Of a stretch of 64,000 nucleotides of DNA, positions 52,731 to 64,000 are shown one piece after another. The DNA is from Paragordius varius (taxonomy: Eukaryota > Animalia > Nematomorpha). The stretch covers positions 6,386,001 to 6,450,000 of the forward strand of contig OZ176053.1 of NCBI GenBank assembly GCA_964247055.1. The letters run 5' to 3'. A program made the position numbers and the translations under genes. The notes under the pieces are model-generated. The model was not told where the DNA came from, did no database searches, and saw only the letters and a program-made list of their open reading frames with translations. Position 1 is the stretch's first letter; each line of letters begins with the position of its first letter.

Positions 52731-54647
52731 AATTAAAAATTCATTTATCGAACTTGATTCCGTCTTTCCAATTCATCGGGATGTGCAGCAAAATGTGAAT
52801 TGACAAAACACAAAGGCGTTCCGTATAGAGTAAAACGGATGGCAACACCACCTTTATTTCCCTATTAAATTAAATTTAATGTTTAATAATGAAAATTTTC
52901 AATATTTAAGTATTAAAATTTATATTTTGTTTTTTAGGTGGCAAAATAAATTTGCCCATAATTAATTATACGGAATTAATGATTTTGCATATGTCAGATA
53001 TATATATGACAGAGAATTGTTATGACCAATCTACAATGTGAAAATGATAAAAAAAATAATAATAGCGTAAAAATGAAAAAAGTAAAACTCTATATATAAA
53101 CATTTTCTTAAAAATGAAAAAAAGTCATCTGGAGATTTTTTATTTCATGTTCGATTTAATGTTTACTGTTTTGTTGGCACAATCGAATGTAATTATCAAA
53201 GAAAAGGTATACCATTTTTCCTAGCAGACCTGTCCCAATCGTTTCACTCCCAATGTCACTTATGTGACGCAATAAATCCTTTTTGACAAACACCACCAAC
53301 ATTATACCTACATATATAAGACAAAACAACCATTTAAATACTTAATTTCTACTTTTATAACAAAACAGAAATTCAAAGTACTCTTGCCGCTTATTGTAAA
53401 ATAAAATTTAACATGCAAATATGGATGAAAAATGGGAATGACCGTATTATTAAAACGTCATATTGATAATTAAAATTGAATATTTGTTTCAATAATTATA
53501 CGGAATTAACTTACCGACAAGCCTGACCAAATGTAATTTTACGTAAGGAGAAAAGGGGGTAATTTCTTCAATCTCAGTATCCTTAATTTCAAGAGCAGGG
53601 TGCAATGATGTTTTACGCAAAGCATTTGGATGAGTTTTTATATGAGAATCTGCCATTTTTCCATCATCATTATCGCTAAAATTCTCAAGTTTTCTGGTTA
53701 AATTGGTGACTAGATGGCCCGCCGAAGACATGTCTGTATTATCATCTATTAAAGAGGCTCTTGGTGTGCTGTAACGAGAATGTGAAAGTATACTATCATC
53801 AGATGCCAAATTTAAGGCCTCTAACCCAATATCTGATGGAGGGTGGTGTGTTGTACCTATATATTGAATGATAAAAAATGTTGGTTTTTGATAGAATAAT
53901 GCGAAACTTATAGTACACCATAAACTATTAAACCCAAAGAAATTATTGATCAAGATATGATTAATTTTAATTTTGCAATGCCAAAATTAGATCCAAATTT
54001 ACAACAGAATTATATACGTAAAGTCACATTAAAAAAACCTTTACCCTGATCATGAGATGAATATTTTTCTTTCATTCTGGACAGAATTTTGTCAGATTTT
54101 TCGGGCTGATCAGAAGTGTCTAAAAGAGAGGATGAGGAGACATGTTTGAGAGATGATTGCGTTTCTTTTGGCAATTTTTGTTTGTTAATATTTTGTGAAT
54201 ACTTTTTGGGACTGATATAGTAATTTTGAATATTTTGGCTAATGTTTCCCCATTTTTTACCATAATACTTGTTGTAATGATTAACAACTTTTCTTAAACA
54301 TTTATCACAAGCAGTTAACCATTCTGCTTCTTTGTGAGATTCATAAAAAATATATGCCTCGGTTCTTAAATCCAATTCCTGAAAACTAAAAATAATTTAT
54401 TATTAACCCCAGCGCAACAATATCGGCAGGCTTAGATGATTCTTCAGGATAATCGCCCAACCAAGGTGACAAATCTTCATTAACTGTTTGGCCATTAACA
54501 TTCCAAGAGCCAATAAAAATCCTTTGATGAAATTATATAAAACTTAATATCCTTTTCCTTTGTAAATTCACTTTTATGCTTAGACAAATGTTCTTTTATC
54601 ATTTCATCCCTGTCTATCACAGGTGGTTTCGTAAAGAATTTGCTCAT
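46967..54647 (-). CDS. OCRL: OCRL/INPP5B-type inositol polyphosphate 5-phosphatase with ASH and RhoGAP-like domains, 20 exons, at least 988 aa
   Basis: [89 protein letters not shown] motif [15 protein letters not shown], RhoGAP VPCEIW and [13 protein letters not shown]. Exons (-): 54544-54647, 54408-54521, 54045-54385, 53515-53856, 53213-53307, 52754-52861, 52610-52677, 52431-52542, 52060-52169, 51735-51879, 51510-51620, 51054-51231, 50252-50376, 50028-50141, 49254-49466, 48735-48819, 48384-48527, 47692-47855, 47245-47356, 46967-47148 (2967 nt). The start codon is uncertain; the frame is open to an acceptor at 54747. No CAAX. Confidence 0.92.
50142..50251 (-). other. U12-type (minor spliceosome) AT-AC intron, 110 nt
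   Basis: 5' site ATATCCTTT, branch-like CCTTAAC at 50172-50178, 3' site TTTACAC|. Removal gives GKDFF-ISVIGTY, a gapless match to OCRL GKDYF-LTISGNY. Confidence 0.85.
50705..50939. mobile_element. 5'-truncated copy of the small TACCATT foldback family in an OCRL intron
   Basis: Four 21-bp units (AGGGTGAATTTGAATTGTTCG-like) end in AAATGGTA|TA. The body matches 57990-58213. Confidence 0.75.
54386..54407 (-). other. Ultra-short 22-nt GT-AG intron (OCRL, inside the Gly of GFQE)
   Basis: GTTAATAATAAATTATTTTTAG. Removal gives DIVALG-FQELDL. Confidence 0.85.
54522..54543 (-). other. Ultra-short 22-nt GT-AG intron (OCRL, before [10 protein letters not shown])
   Basis: GTTTTATATAATTTCATCAAAG. Removal gives [16 protein letters not shown]; retention leads to a stop at 54495-54497. 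Confidence 0.85.
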
Positions 54648-55137
54648 TTTTAATTGATTTGGATAAGTACCATGCCAAAATGTATGGGGGTAAAAAGACC
54701 TCTGCAAAATTTTACTTTGAAAGTATTTAGCCAGTTCATAAAAGCATCTGGATGAAAAATAATTCAATATAAAAATTTATTTTATCTTATCATTGGTTGT
54801 TTTTTTAATATATTAACGCTTTATAAATATGTTTTTATTTAAAATTTAATGATATCAATTATTGTGACATAGTAGTAAATTTATTCGGGCGCTTCCAAAT
54901 ATTTGGTAGATTCTGTGTGGGAGGTAACCCCTGTCCCAAAACATATGAAACCGTAGACATGAGGTATGAAGCGTTCACAGTGGAGGTAGGAGCATTCCTA
55001 GTGCATTTTCTAGATGCCTCGATCCATATTGTGGTTCTCAACCTTTAGCAAAAAACTATTTTCATGAAAGCTGTTTTTTAAAAATAAAAAGCTATTTATT
55101 TAATAAAAAATTTTATTAGGGCTTGTAACTTCTAGAG

Positions 55138-55380
55138 TAGGGCTCTTCATGAATAGGTTGGCGGGCAGCATTTTTTGATCGAAACGAGGATGCGCATTCA
55201 AAAAATATATGAGTATTAACAAATATTTTAGATTTCAATTTGACTCTAAAAACTATATTTATATTAACAATTTCTGCTCTTAATTATTTCACCATTTTGT
55301 TAGATTTTGCATTTTTAATTTCTAGCGGCCTATAAATACTAATACGGCCCAACCGGCGGTACGCGTGTTGGTCACCCCTG
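55138..55380. mobile_element. Non-autonomous hAT (Charlie-like) MITE
   Basis: Perfect 8-bp TSD TTCTAGAG at 55130-55137 and 55381-55388. Ends TAGGGCT and GTTGGTCACCCCTG (imperfect TIR). Confidence 0.75.
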
Positions 55381-55789
55381 TTCTAGAGGTTATAATTTGA
55401 ATATATCCCAAATCCAAATGAAACAGCTGATTTTGTATTTATGATTAGCTAAATGTGCTCCAGATATTTTAACTCATTAAATTTTATTTTTAGCCAGATT
55501 TATTTTTTTACTATTCTTTGGCTTTGTGACATCAGGATATTTTTTACTTTTTAATATTTTTAGAATATGCGTCTAAAGGACATGGAATTTATCTAGCCCA
55601 ATTTTTTAATGCTCTAGGGTACAGAACTCCTTTATACGCGATCACTCCTAAATTTTGTGATCTCATAATTTTGGCAAAAATAGAAATTTAATTCAGTAAT
55701 GATCTTTGTATAAAAATTATAAACAATTATTGGGTGTGTGCAAAAAAGCTTTATATTTGACATCAAGTTTATAAATAATAAAAAAGACA

Positions 55790-57240
55790 TTCTCAGTTTT
55801 AAACCGGTAGACCCCTACCCACAAACCTATATGGAAGCGCTGAATTCTTTGCATTTATAGGGCATTGGAATCATCTTAGATACCATCGTCTCACAGGTTA
55901 TTCGAAATATCACCTCACAACTCAATAATCATTATATGAAGGGCATAAAGGGATAAAATAACCCCTAATAAAAACCCCTGACCTTAATTTTTATCTAGTT
56001 ACGGGTAATACAAATTTTAATGAGCTCATATAGCTTCATAAATTTTCTGTAAACTAGCTCCAAAACAACTCAATTTCTATATAGTGGCACAGTTTTTGGC
56101 GTGTAGCTCCTTACCCAGTGGCAGGTTTAAATAAAGCGTTGGGCAAAATTTTGTATATGGGGAATATCTGGAATTATTATGGATTCCATATGTTCCCATA
56201 GGTTTTTGGAAATAATGTTTCAAAACTTAAAAAATTATAGATTCGCATTTTCAGGGCGTAAAACTTTATTTAGCCACTCATTAAAATTCCCTATGTTAAA
56301 ATATTTGTTTCTTAAGGGGTAAAAAATATTTTAGGCCCTTATTGAACTCACACAGTGTCTATAGGTTTTTTGAAATTTGGCTCCAAAGTCACGCTGTATC
56401 GATATAGTGGCACAGTTCTAGACGGGTAGCCCACTACCCAGAGGGCAATAGATGAAAGACGTTCGATAAAAAATTTTGCCTTTATAGGGAAACACCTGGA
56501 ATCACCATTTATTCCATATGATATTAATCGTTTTTGAATGATTTTAAAACTAAATAATAGTACAATGATAGTGCATTATTCAGGGGGTGAAGGGCCTAAT
56601 TAAGGGCTAATTTTTAAAAACCGCACCACATAAATTTTTTCCTTGTTACGGGTAATATTTAAGCACCGATTCAACTCTTATGGCCCGATAGGTTTTCTAA
56701 AATTTAGCCCACACGCTATTTCAATATGACGGGCAGTTTTTAGCGGGTATCTATTTACCCAGCAACCAATATAAAAAACACGACTAAAATTTTTGCCTCA
56801 GAGAATACCTGGAGTTCTTATTTAATTTTTATGTTATACTTGGGAGAAAGATATATAAAAAAATTATTTTTGTGGACTTGGTTTTTTTGAAAAAAATGGC
56901 ATTTTACGGGGGAGGCCGGTAAAAAGAGCGCCTAAATTAAAAAAACGAGCCTACTATGTTCGGCGCAATCGAAAATAAGTAAAAAAATAATTGAAATCGA
57001 ATACAACACGTTTTCTGAAGAATTGTCTCAAAGATATGATTTTTGTGGACTTGTGTATTCAAAAAAACCGTTTTTTACACGGGGTGGGCCCAAACCGGGA
57101 GCCTAATTAAAAAAGAGCGAAGCTGTCGGCGAATTCATTAATGATTATATTTTTCGACATTTGGAATTGTATGGATCTACCGGTTTTCTAACAGATCCTA
57201 AAGCCAACATTTTCGATTTTTATAAATATATATATATATT
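55790..57240 (-). mobile_element. Third copy of the Helitron-like family, with tandem internal modules
   Basis: 56860-57230 is the reverse complement of the 5' part of 749-1100. 55830-56110 matches 4320-4610. The motif atagtggcacagtt...tacccag recurs at about 56080, 56404 and 56730. The 3' CTAG end was not found. Confidence 0.65.
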
Positions 57241-57616
57241 AGGCACCTCATATTGCTTTTGTTTCGAGATCTAAGAGAGTATTGGGTTCTTTTATACTAA
57301 TTTAAACCAGATTATTCATTAGTAAAAGATCCGCCAAATTATATTATTTTTTAAATCCAAAAACCCGAGTAACAAACATCGCAATAAATATATTTATTGT
57401 GATAAAAATAAAATGATAACATAGAGTTAAAATAGTAATAAATGAGTTAGACATTTGTTTCGTTTGTCACAGCGTTCTCTTCATTATTGAGGCTAAAAAA
57501 TGAATAAACATATAGTGCTCGGTTTTTTTAATATTGTGTATTGTGACCATAAATTACTCTGACAAAAATTTCCAGCTTTTTAAATTTTTTTCCAAAATTA
57601 TTTTATTATAAAAGAT

Positions 57617-60600
57617 TTAAAAATACCATTGTTTAGCTTCTTCAATTGAAACAAGTGGTCCATATAACATTTCATACTGGCGCAGTTTAAACTTAGCCAC
57701 AATCAGGCTCTGTTGCATTTTCCATTCTTTTGTTTTGCAGGTGAGATTATTGCAGTGGTGTATTAAAAATCTATTTTTGGCTTCTTGCACCGTATTTTCA
57801 AAAGATAACGTTTTGCCCATGTTCTAAATTAGTCAGAAGAAGTTTTTAATTACTACTCATATAAAAGTTAACACTAACTTAATATACCATTAACAATACA
57901 ATTTCACCCTTGAACAATTCAAATTCACCCTCGAACAATTTGAATTCACCCTTGAACAATTAACTCACCCTAAAAACAATTATGTGTTTTTGAACTAATT
58001 TAACTCATTATTTATATAATATATATCTTTATGGCATAGTTTATTATTTTTATTTTAAACAAAATTATATTTTTTAAAAATATATTAAAATATAGGTAAT
58101 TTTTAATTTAAAAAAACACATAATTGATTTTAGGGTGAATGTGAATTGTTCGCAGGCGATTCTTCAAGGTGAATTTTTGAATTGTTTAGGGTGAATTGGA
58201 ACTGTAAATGGTATAATATAAAATTAGAATAGATAAATAAACAATAGACTTTATAATAATATTGCAAATATTTATAGTCAAAGTCATTGCAAAGAAGCTA
58301 GACACCTAAGTTTAAATAAATATGATAATATATATCATTATACCAAAGATATTAAGCCACAGAGGCCGTATTTGTCGATTTTGCGAATATGATTGCGCAA
58401 AAATTTGAAATATATATGTTCCAATCCCAATAATAGTAAGCTTAGAACTATCCCAGCACCCAATAATGTGAAGGCCGAAATGAAATTTCTAAGACCTAGG
58501 GGGTGACTTGTATCATTTTGATTTTTCTTAGTTTTGCAATCTCCTGCCAGCCAAAAATGTTGCAATCGATCCATATCGCCTGCATAATAAATTAAAACAA
58601 ATTTTACAATATATTATATGGAAGGAAGAGCACAATAAAAAGAAATTTTAAGTGTCAGTATTAACTATAATCATTCGAGTCGCTTTTGACTAAAAAAAAT
58701 TGTTTAATCATTGGATGGCTTACTTAGGTTTGCCGGAACCATAATAATAAAAACAATACCGTTTTCCTGATACTTCATAAGAGTTGAATCAACTATTGAT
58801 TTTAAATCAGAATCTTTTGGGAAGGCCAGGGAATAGCCAGTCATAGCAAACCAGGATCCAACCGTCAATATTTTGCATTGATCATCTCTTCCCACAAGAT
58901 ATTCGAGAACGCGACCATCATAAATAAAAGCATCCAAACTTCTAAAATTAGCAATTTTATGAATAGTTTATCAAATGGTAAAAAAAATATTTTTATTTTA
59001 CCCATTTTTTACGGCACTAATTCCGTCTCGAACGTGACTTTTATTGTATATTTCCATATAGCTATACATTTCAGGATAATTTCGTTTTATGTTCAATGCA
59101 GATGGGCTGAACATTACAGTTCCATATCTGAACGGAGGCTCTTTTAGATAAGGATTACGTAACTAAAAAGTTGACATAAATTTAAACTTTTTATACAAAT
59201 AAAGAATGATTTTTCTGAAAATCTAATCATCTGTGCCTAGGCTCCGTTAGTTTTTAATTATATTTATATGCCATAATAAGACTAATAAATTTTGTTTGGT
59301 TATTGACCGTTCAAAAAAGTATAACCGATTTAACAGCTTTAAAATGCAGTCTTTCGTAGGCATAAGTCAATCAATATTACATTATATGTTGTAACTAAAT
59401 TAAAGTTGCCTAATCTATTTTATTTAAGCTTTTACCATAATCTATATATTTAATTACACGAAATAATTTTTTGGGCTTAAATGAATTTATGAATGCTTGT
59501 CGAACCCAAAATATTTTAATTATTTTAAGTTTTTCTTCAAAATTTTTATAATATTGTAAAAATTTTAATAAATGATTCACCCTTGTATCATGTATGCCCA
59601 CAAAATCGTAATGATCCTCTTTGGAAATCATAAATGCTGCCAAATTCGCCGTATAACTTGCAATAAACACCATGGCAACCATGGACCAAATCGTTATAAG
59701 GTAGCGACTTGTGTGACTTTTTGGCACATCAACCTGCACCGAAGCTCCAAACAAAATGGCCCATGCTAGCCATATAGACCGGAAAACGGAAAAATTTATT
59801 GGTTGAACTATGGAAGAAAATAATTCCTTTAAGATCAGCAATTAGATGGTATGAGTAAATATACATTTCTAGTTTTTTTCATAAATTATTGCCAGATAGC
59901 ATTTTTCAGCAAAGGGAAAATTTATTGGCCTACATCTATTTTTTTCACTTTTTACTGTTATCAGCCAGTAACAATGATCTTTGATGTTTTTGTTTTCTCG
60001 CAATAATTATTGAAAAACTAGCAATGTATATTTAATCATACTGTTTTAATAACCTTTATTAGAGGATTTGGTGTCGTATCTTGGACTAATATACTCATAT
60101 AAGAATATGGATAACGCAGCAGCATGTATGCAAATCAAAAGTATTAAGATCCAAGTCAAATAATCAAACGGTTCTAGGAATAAAAAATTTAGGTATTAAA
60201 ATTGAGTTCTTGCATAAATAAATAATGCAATTAGACCGAACCCACATTGGCATAAAATATACCGGCGAAAAGAAAATTTTATAGATACTTTTGTATTGGT
60301 GTTAATATATAACATATTAATATGATTTGTAACAGATTAAATATTTTAAATGATATTTCTGGCGTATTAAATTTTAACATTAGATTAAAAATAATAATTA
60401 TAAAAAATAGTCTTTCATATACCTTAAATTATAATTTTTTTATGATTTTAAAGAAAAATAGATTAATTGTGATTTAAAATACCAATTAACCGCACATGTC
60501 TTAAAGATGCGTTTATTGCGACATATGCTAAATTAGGCAATAATTTCAAATTATTATGGTGTTTTCATAGTCAAAGTTGTAAGTCAAAAAATCTTTTATC

Positions 60601-63600
60601 TGTCATTTTCAAATCGATTTTATATAAAATAAAAAAATCCTACCCAAAAATGCGATAGGAGATATAGAGCCAGTTCTGAGCGAAACCGCAATAGCAATAC
60701 CCGTTTCCAAAAAAGGGATGGAGAAATCTATGGTTTGTGAGTGCTGAGAAGTTATAGTAAGGCCAATAGACATATCAAAATGTTCTGCTATAATTTCATC
60801 CACGATAATGTCAGTTTTGCTCTTAATTTAAACAGATAACGATTAATTATTATTACCTAAAAGTTAACTTATCAAATTAAATTATGCAAATATTAAAATA
60901 AAAAAATCATATTAATTGATATTTATTACACAAAAAATAACAATAATTAAGGGACTTTTGAATTTTGAAGAAAATTTATGCTATTAGATCAGCAAATCAT
61001 ACCTTTTTAGCATCTAGGGCATGAGCATCTGTAACATACATTAGCTCATATGAAAAGCTTAAGTCTTGGGATAACTTTTCCAAAATGTCCACAAAGTAAC
61101 CTGAACAACAATGCTTTGTTTTTGACATTCTTTCATTTCTAAATAGGGAGATAATATAGGCTTAATAAGCAAATATATCAAAAAATAAATTTCCTACTGT
61201 AAATATTAAAATCGGTCTGGTTTCAGATCATTCATCTATTAACAAATAAAAAATATAAATACTCCTTGTTACAAAAAGATTTTTTTGGGATTAGAGTTAG
61301 ACCCTGGACCATTTGCTTTTTTGAAACCGATCAGGGTTCCACGGTTATGTTTTAGTAAATTTTAAAAGTATTTTTCGAAAAATGAAATTTTATATGACTT
61401 TTCACAATGTATCAAAATAACAGCTAATTCTGAAAAACCACAATAGGAACTGGAACATATAGCTTTCTTTGACAATTTTTTTTGAAACTGACCCGTTTAT
61501 TTAAGTTTTGGTTTTAAACCTGTGAACACTTTTAACAATGAAAACAATCCTGACTTAGAACTTTTTTGGTATTAATATTTGAATAACCAGCCCCAATTCG
61601 GGGTTAATTTTGCTTACTTTAGTTTTAATGTGTAACAAGCGACACCTCCATCACAACTAGAAGACGAAGACGCGTGTTTTGGTGATCTTAAAACTTTATC
61701 ATTCAAATCCATTGATATGACAAATGGAGATTCTTCTAATGTCAAAATTCTCAGGTGAATACGTTCTGGTATACCCTTTGGTGGCACGTGGGCGTTACCG
61801 GGCCATACAATATCTTTGATTCTAAGTCCACCAGAAGATCTCCAAACACCAATCTAAAATATAGGTGAACTTAGCTCTATTATATATTTTTAATTAGTAT
61901 CAATTAAATTATAACTCGGCGAAATATTTTATATATAATTATTGAGTTTTTGGAACAAACATTATAAAAATAGCAAAGGTGTTATAAATGTGACAAAATA
62001 AATTTTTTTAACCCAAACCTTCGTCCAGGAGCGCTCATTGTTAAAGTTTATTATGTTAAGGATGATGCTTTGAGACACACCAACAGAATCAAACGTTATT
62101 ATCTTTTTATTTGAGCCGTGAGATATGTTGGTATTTAATAGATACCTTTAACATATATAAAATTAATATAAAACGATATTAATTCCTATATTACCGAGCG
62201 CCTATTTACCCTAGCTATTTTACACCAATCAAATTTATTAGGTTAATTTTAGAATTAGCTTTTATATCCATCCCCTATACCGCCTTCTTTCTGCTTTCAT
62301 TATCATAAAACGCTATTAGTTTACTATTTGAAAATAATTGGCCATAGCCATTGTTTGGGATTTATTAAGGTCCATTCATTTTAATATTACATTTTTAAAT
62401 TAATAAGAAATTGGACCGTAAAATTCGATAGTTAATACTTTGTCTGAAGCTCTAAAAGAAATATATTAGAGGGTGAAAAAATTGGGAAAAACAGGCATTA
62501 ACTAGCAATCAGCATACACTGTTTAATTTTTGATTTAAAAAAATACTTAATGTTTCTGTTCCAATGGCTATCTATAATTTACTTAGATTCCACAATGATA
62601 ATCGAAAATGCGTTAAGTCTAAACTATTCACATATTTTATATAAAACCATGTAATTATCTAATACTTGTAAAATAGCTCTCCGAAACCGTTACCATTTTC
62701 TTTTGGCTCATAATTATACAAGTCATCATGGCAAACCAAACTTTTATTGTTAAGCTTTATATAGTTGACGAGAGCAGATTCATTCAAAGTTTTCATCATG
62801 TTGTTGATGGCATCAATGAAAACGGATGCGCCGATTTCGATCTGTTCCACTAAGGATTCAGGTGTAGTATCATAATGTACGCCAAATAAGCCAATAGGGT
62901 ATGTCTATATTATATGTTATACCATATAAACGATTTAGGAATAAATGGAGATAAAATAACTCTCTAAACTTATTAACCATCATTTATTTGTTTTATATTA
63001 TTAGTATTTTTAAAATTGGTAATTTATTAGTATTTAATGCTTATCATAAACCTTTGGACATTTTTACGGTGCCTTGAAGTACAATATATACATATCAAGG
63101 TTACATATTTTTGGGATACGAGTTAAATATGAATATTAGTTATAACTACAAATTATATTTTTTTAAGAGCTCAATATACAGTATGCGCATTTGTTTTAGT
63201 CAAATCACATTATTGTTGGCCAAAATAATAGAGTACCGTATGTTATAAAATAAATTTTGTCTATAAATAAAATAAATTTTTATGTTGTAACATAGAAAAA
63301 AAATGTAATTTTAACGATTCGCTGTTTTTTTACACATACGCTACTATATTGCCATGAATTGACCAACATTAAAGTATACTATACCATAATTTGGGATATT
63401 TGTAAATTTAAATATTTATAGCCCTTGTTGAAAAAATACTAAAGTGGCTAAAGGATTCGATTTTGGCTATATATCAAAAAGTTATATCTATATTGAAATG
63501 CTCGCAAGCCCTCAAACCCGTAAAAGATACATTTTTTCAAAACATATACATCACAGGGATATTCAACCTATCCGATTGATAGGATTTATAAATGTACGAT

Positions 63601-63713
63601 AAATTATTATACATTATTTTTATCAAAATCGGCAAAATCATTGAAATCACCAACAACACATTGAGTTACGATCCACATATAATCCGTTCCAGTGATTTGT
63701 AGTTTATTTGCCA
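57617..63713 (-). CDS. Nmdar2: NMDA-type ionotropic glutamate receptor, GluN2/NR2-like subunit (5' part unresolved or outside the window)
   Basis: [69 protein letters not shown] (M1), [10 protein letters not shown] (M2), [11 protein letters not shown] (M3), [33 protein letters not shown] (M4). The tail GKTLSF..HCNNLTC..WK resembles Drosophila Nmdar2. Exons (-): 63613-63713, 62666-62904, 62019-62145, 61618-61853, 61003-61138, 60644-60821, 60054-60173, 59581-59807, 59002-59162, 58760-58941, 58344-58579, 57617-57823. Phases are consistent. Confidence 0.92.
57885..58213. mobile_element. Complete copy of the small TACCATT foldback family in the last NMDAR intron
   Basis: TA|TACCATTAACAAT, then 21-bp units (AATTCAAATTCACCCTCGAAC-like), mirrored by AGGGTGAATT...AAATGGTA|TA. 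Confidence 0.8.
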
Positions 63714-64000
63714 CTAAAATTATTATAAAATAATGCATTATCATTTACTTTGCATAAAATCTGCTTAAAAATGCAGCCTTCTCCATATTTTTAAAGGTTG
63801 CTTTTCATTAGTGCCACCTAATGTTCGATTATTATTATTATTATTGACGTGTTTCGCATATCGTTTTAGATCTGACTACCAAAATTTTATAAATTAGTTT
63901 AGTTATTTCACCGATAGTTATACATGACAATTGACTCCGTAAATTTTACTTATGATAATATCAGATATCGTATGATTATCATAACATTTAATGGAATATA

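Noticed and set aside
54859-55041. 60-aa minus-strand ORF upstream of OCRL
   Set aside because: It is exon-like in composition and may contain the true OCRL first exon, but I could not identify a convincing start/donor pair or homology, so it is not annotated.
60981-61002. 22-nt GTATGA...CTAATAG segment at the start of an NMDAR intron
   Set aside because: Splicing here leads to a stop after about 22 codons. The acceptor at 60822 gives the homologous S1 sequence. It could at most be a minor alternative site and needs RNA evidence.
63714-64000. Further upstream NMDAR exon(s)
   Set aside because: Coding-like fragments exist, but no frame with a phase-1 donor and clear homology could be resolved, so the gene is left 5'-partial.

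Overview
Very AT-rich (roughly 75% by eye) genomic DNA from an invertebrate animal, probably a protostome; the species cannot be identified from the sequence. I hand-spliced five intron-containing genes: a WNK kinase (+, 6846-28186, 18 exons, about 2797 aa); an AIG1/ADTRP-family FAHFA hydrolase (-, 29059-31486, 5 exons, 239 aa); a Schnurri/SMA-9-like zinc-finger gene head-to-head with it (+, 31605-43087; the link to its first exon is inferred); an OCRL/INPP5B-type inositol 5-phosphatase-ASH-RhoGAP gene (-, 46967 to about 54647, 20 exons); and a 5'-incomplete NMDA receptor GluN2/NR2-like subunit (-, 57617 to at least 63713). Intergenic DNA and introns carry hAT MITEs, Helitron-like elements, a TTAA-flanked MITE dimer, TA-targeting foldback elements with 21-bp subterminal arrays, and a decayed Mos1-like mariner. 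The most striking signal is intron architecture. Of 55 introns in my models, five are only 22-23 nt (GT-AG). Each is needed to keep conserved or catalytic motifs in frame. The other 50 are 60-5502 nt, and one of them is a U12-type AT-AC intron. The NR2-like subunit also lacks the conserved agonist-binding Arg and has Gly at the pore Q/R/N site. All gene models are manual and are not checked against RNA data. Homolog comparisons are from memory.
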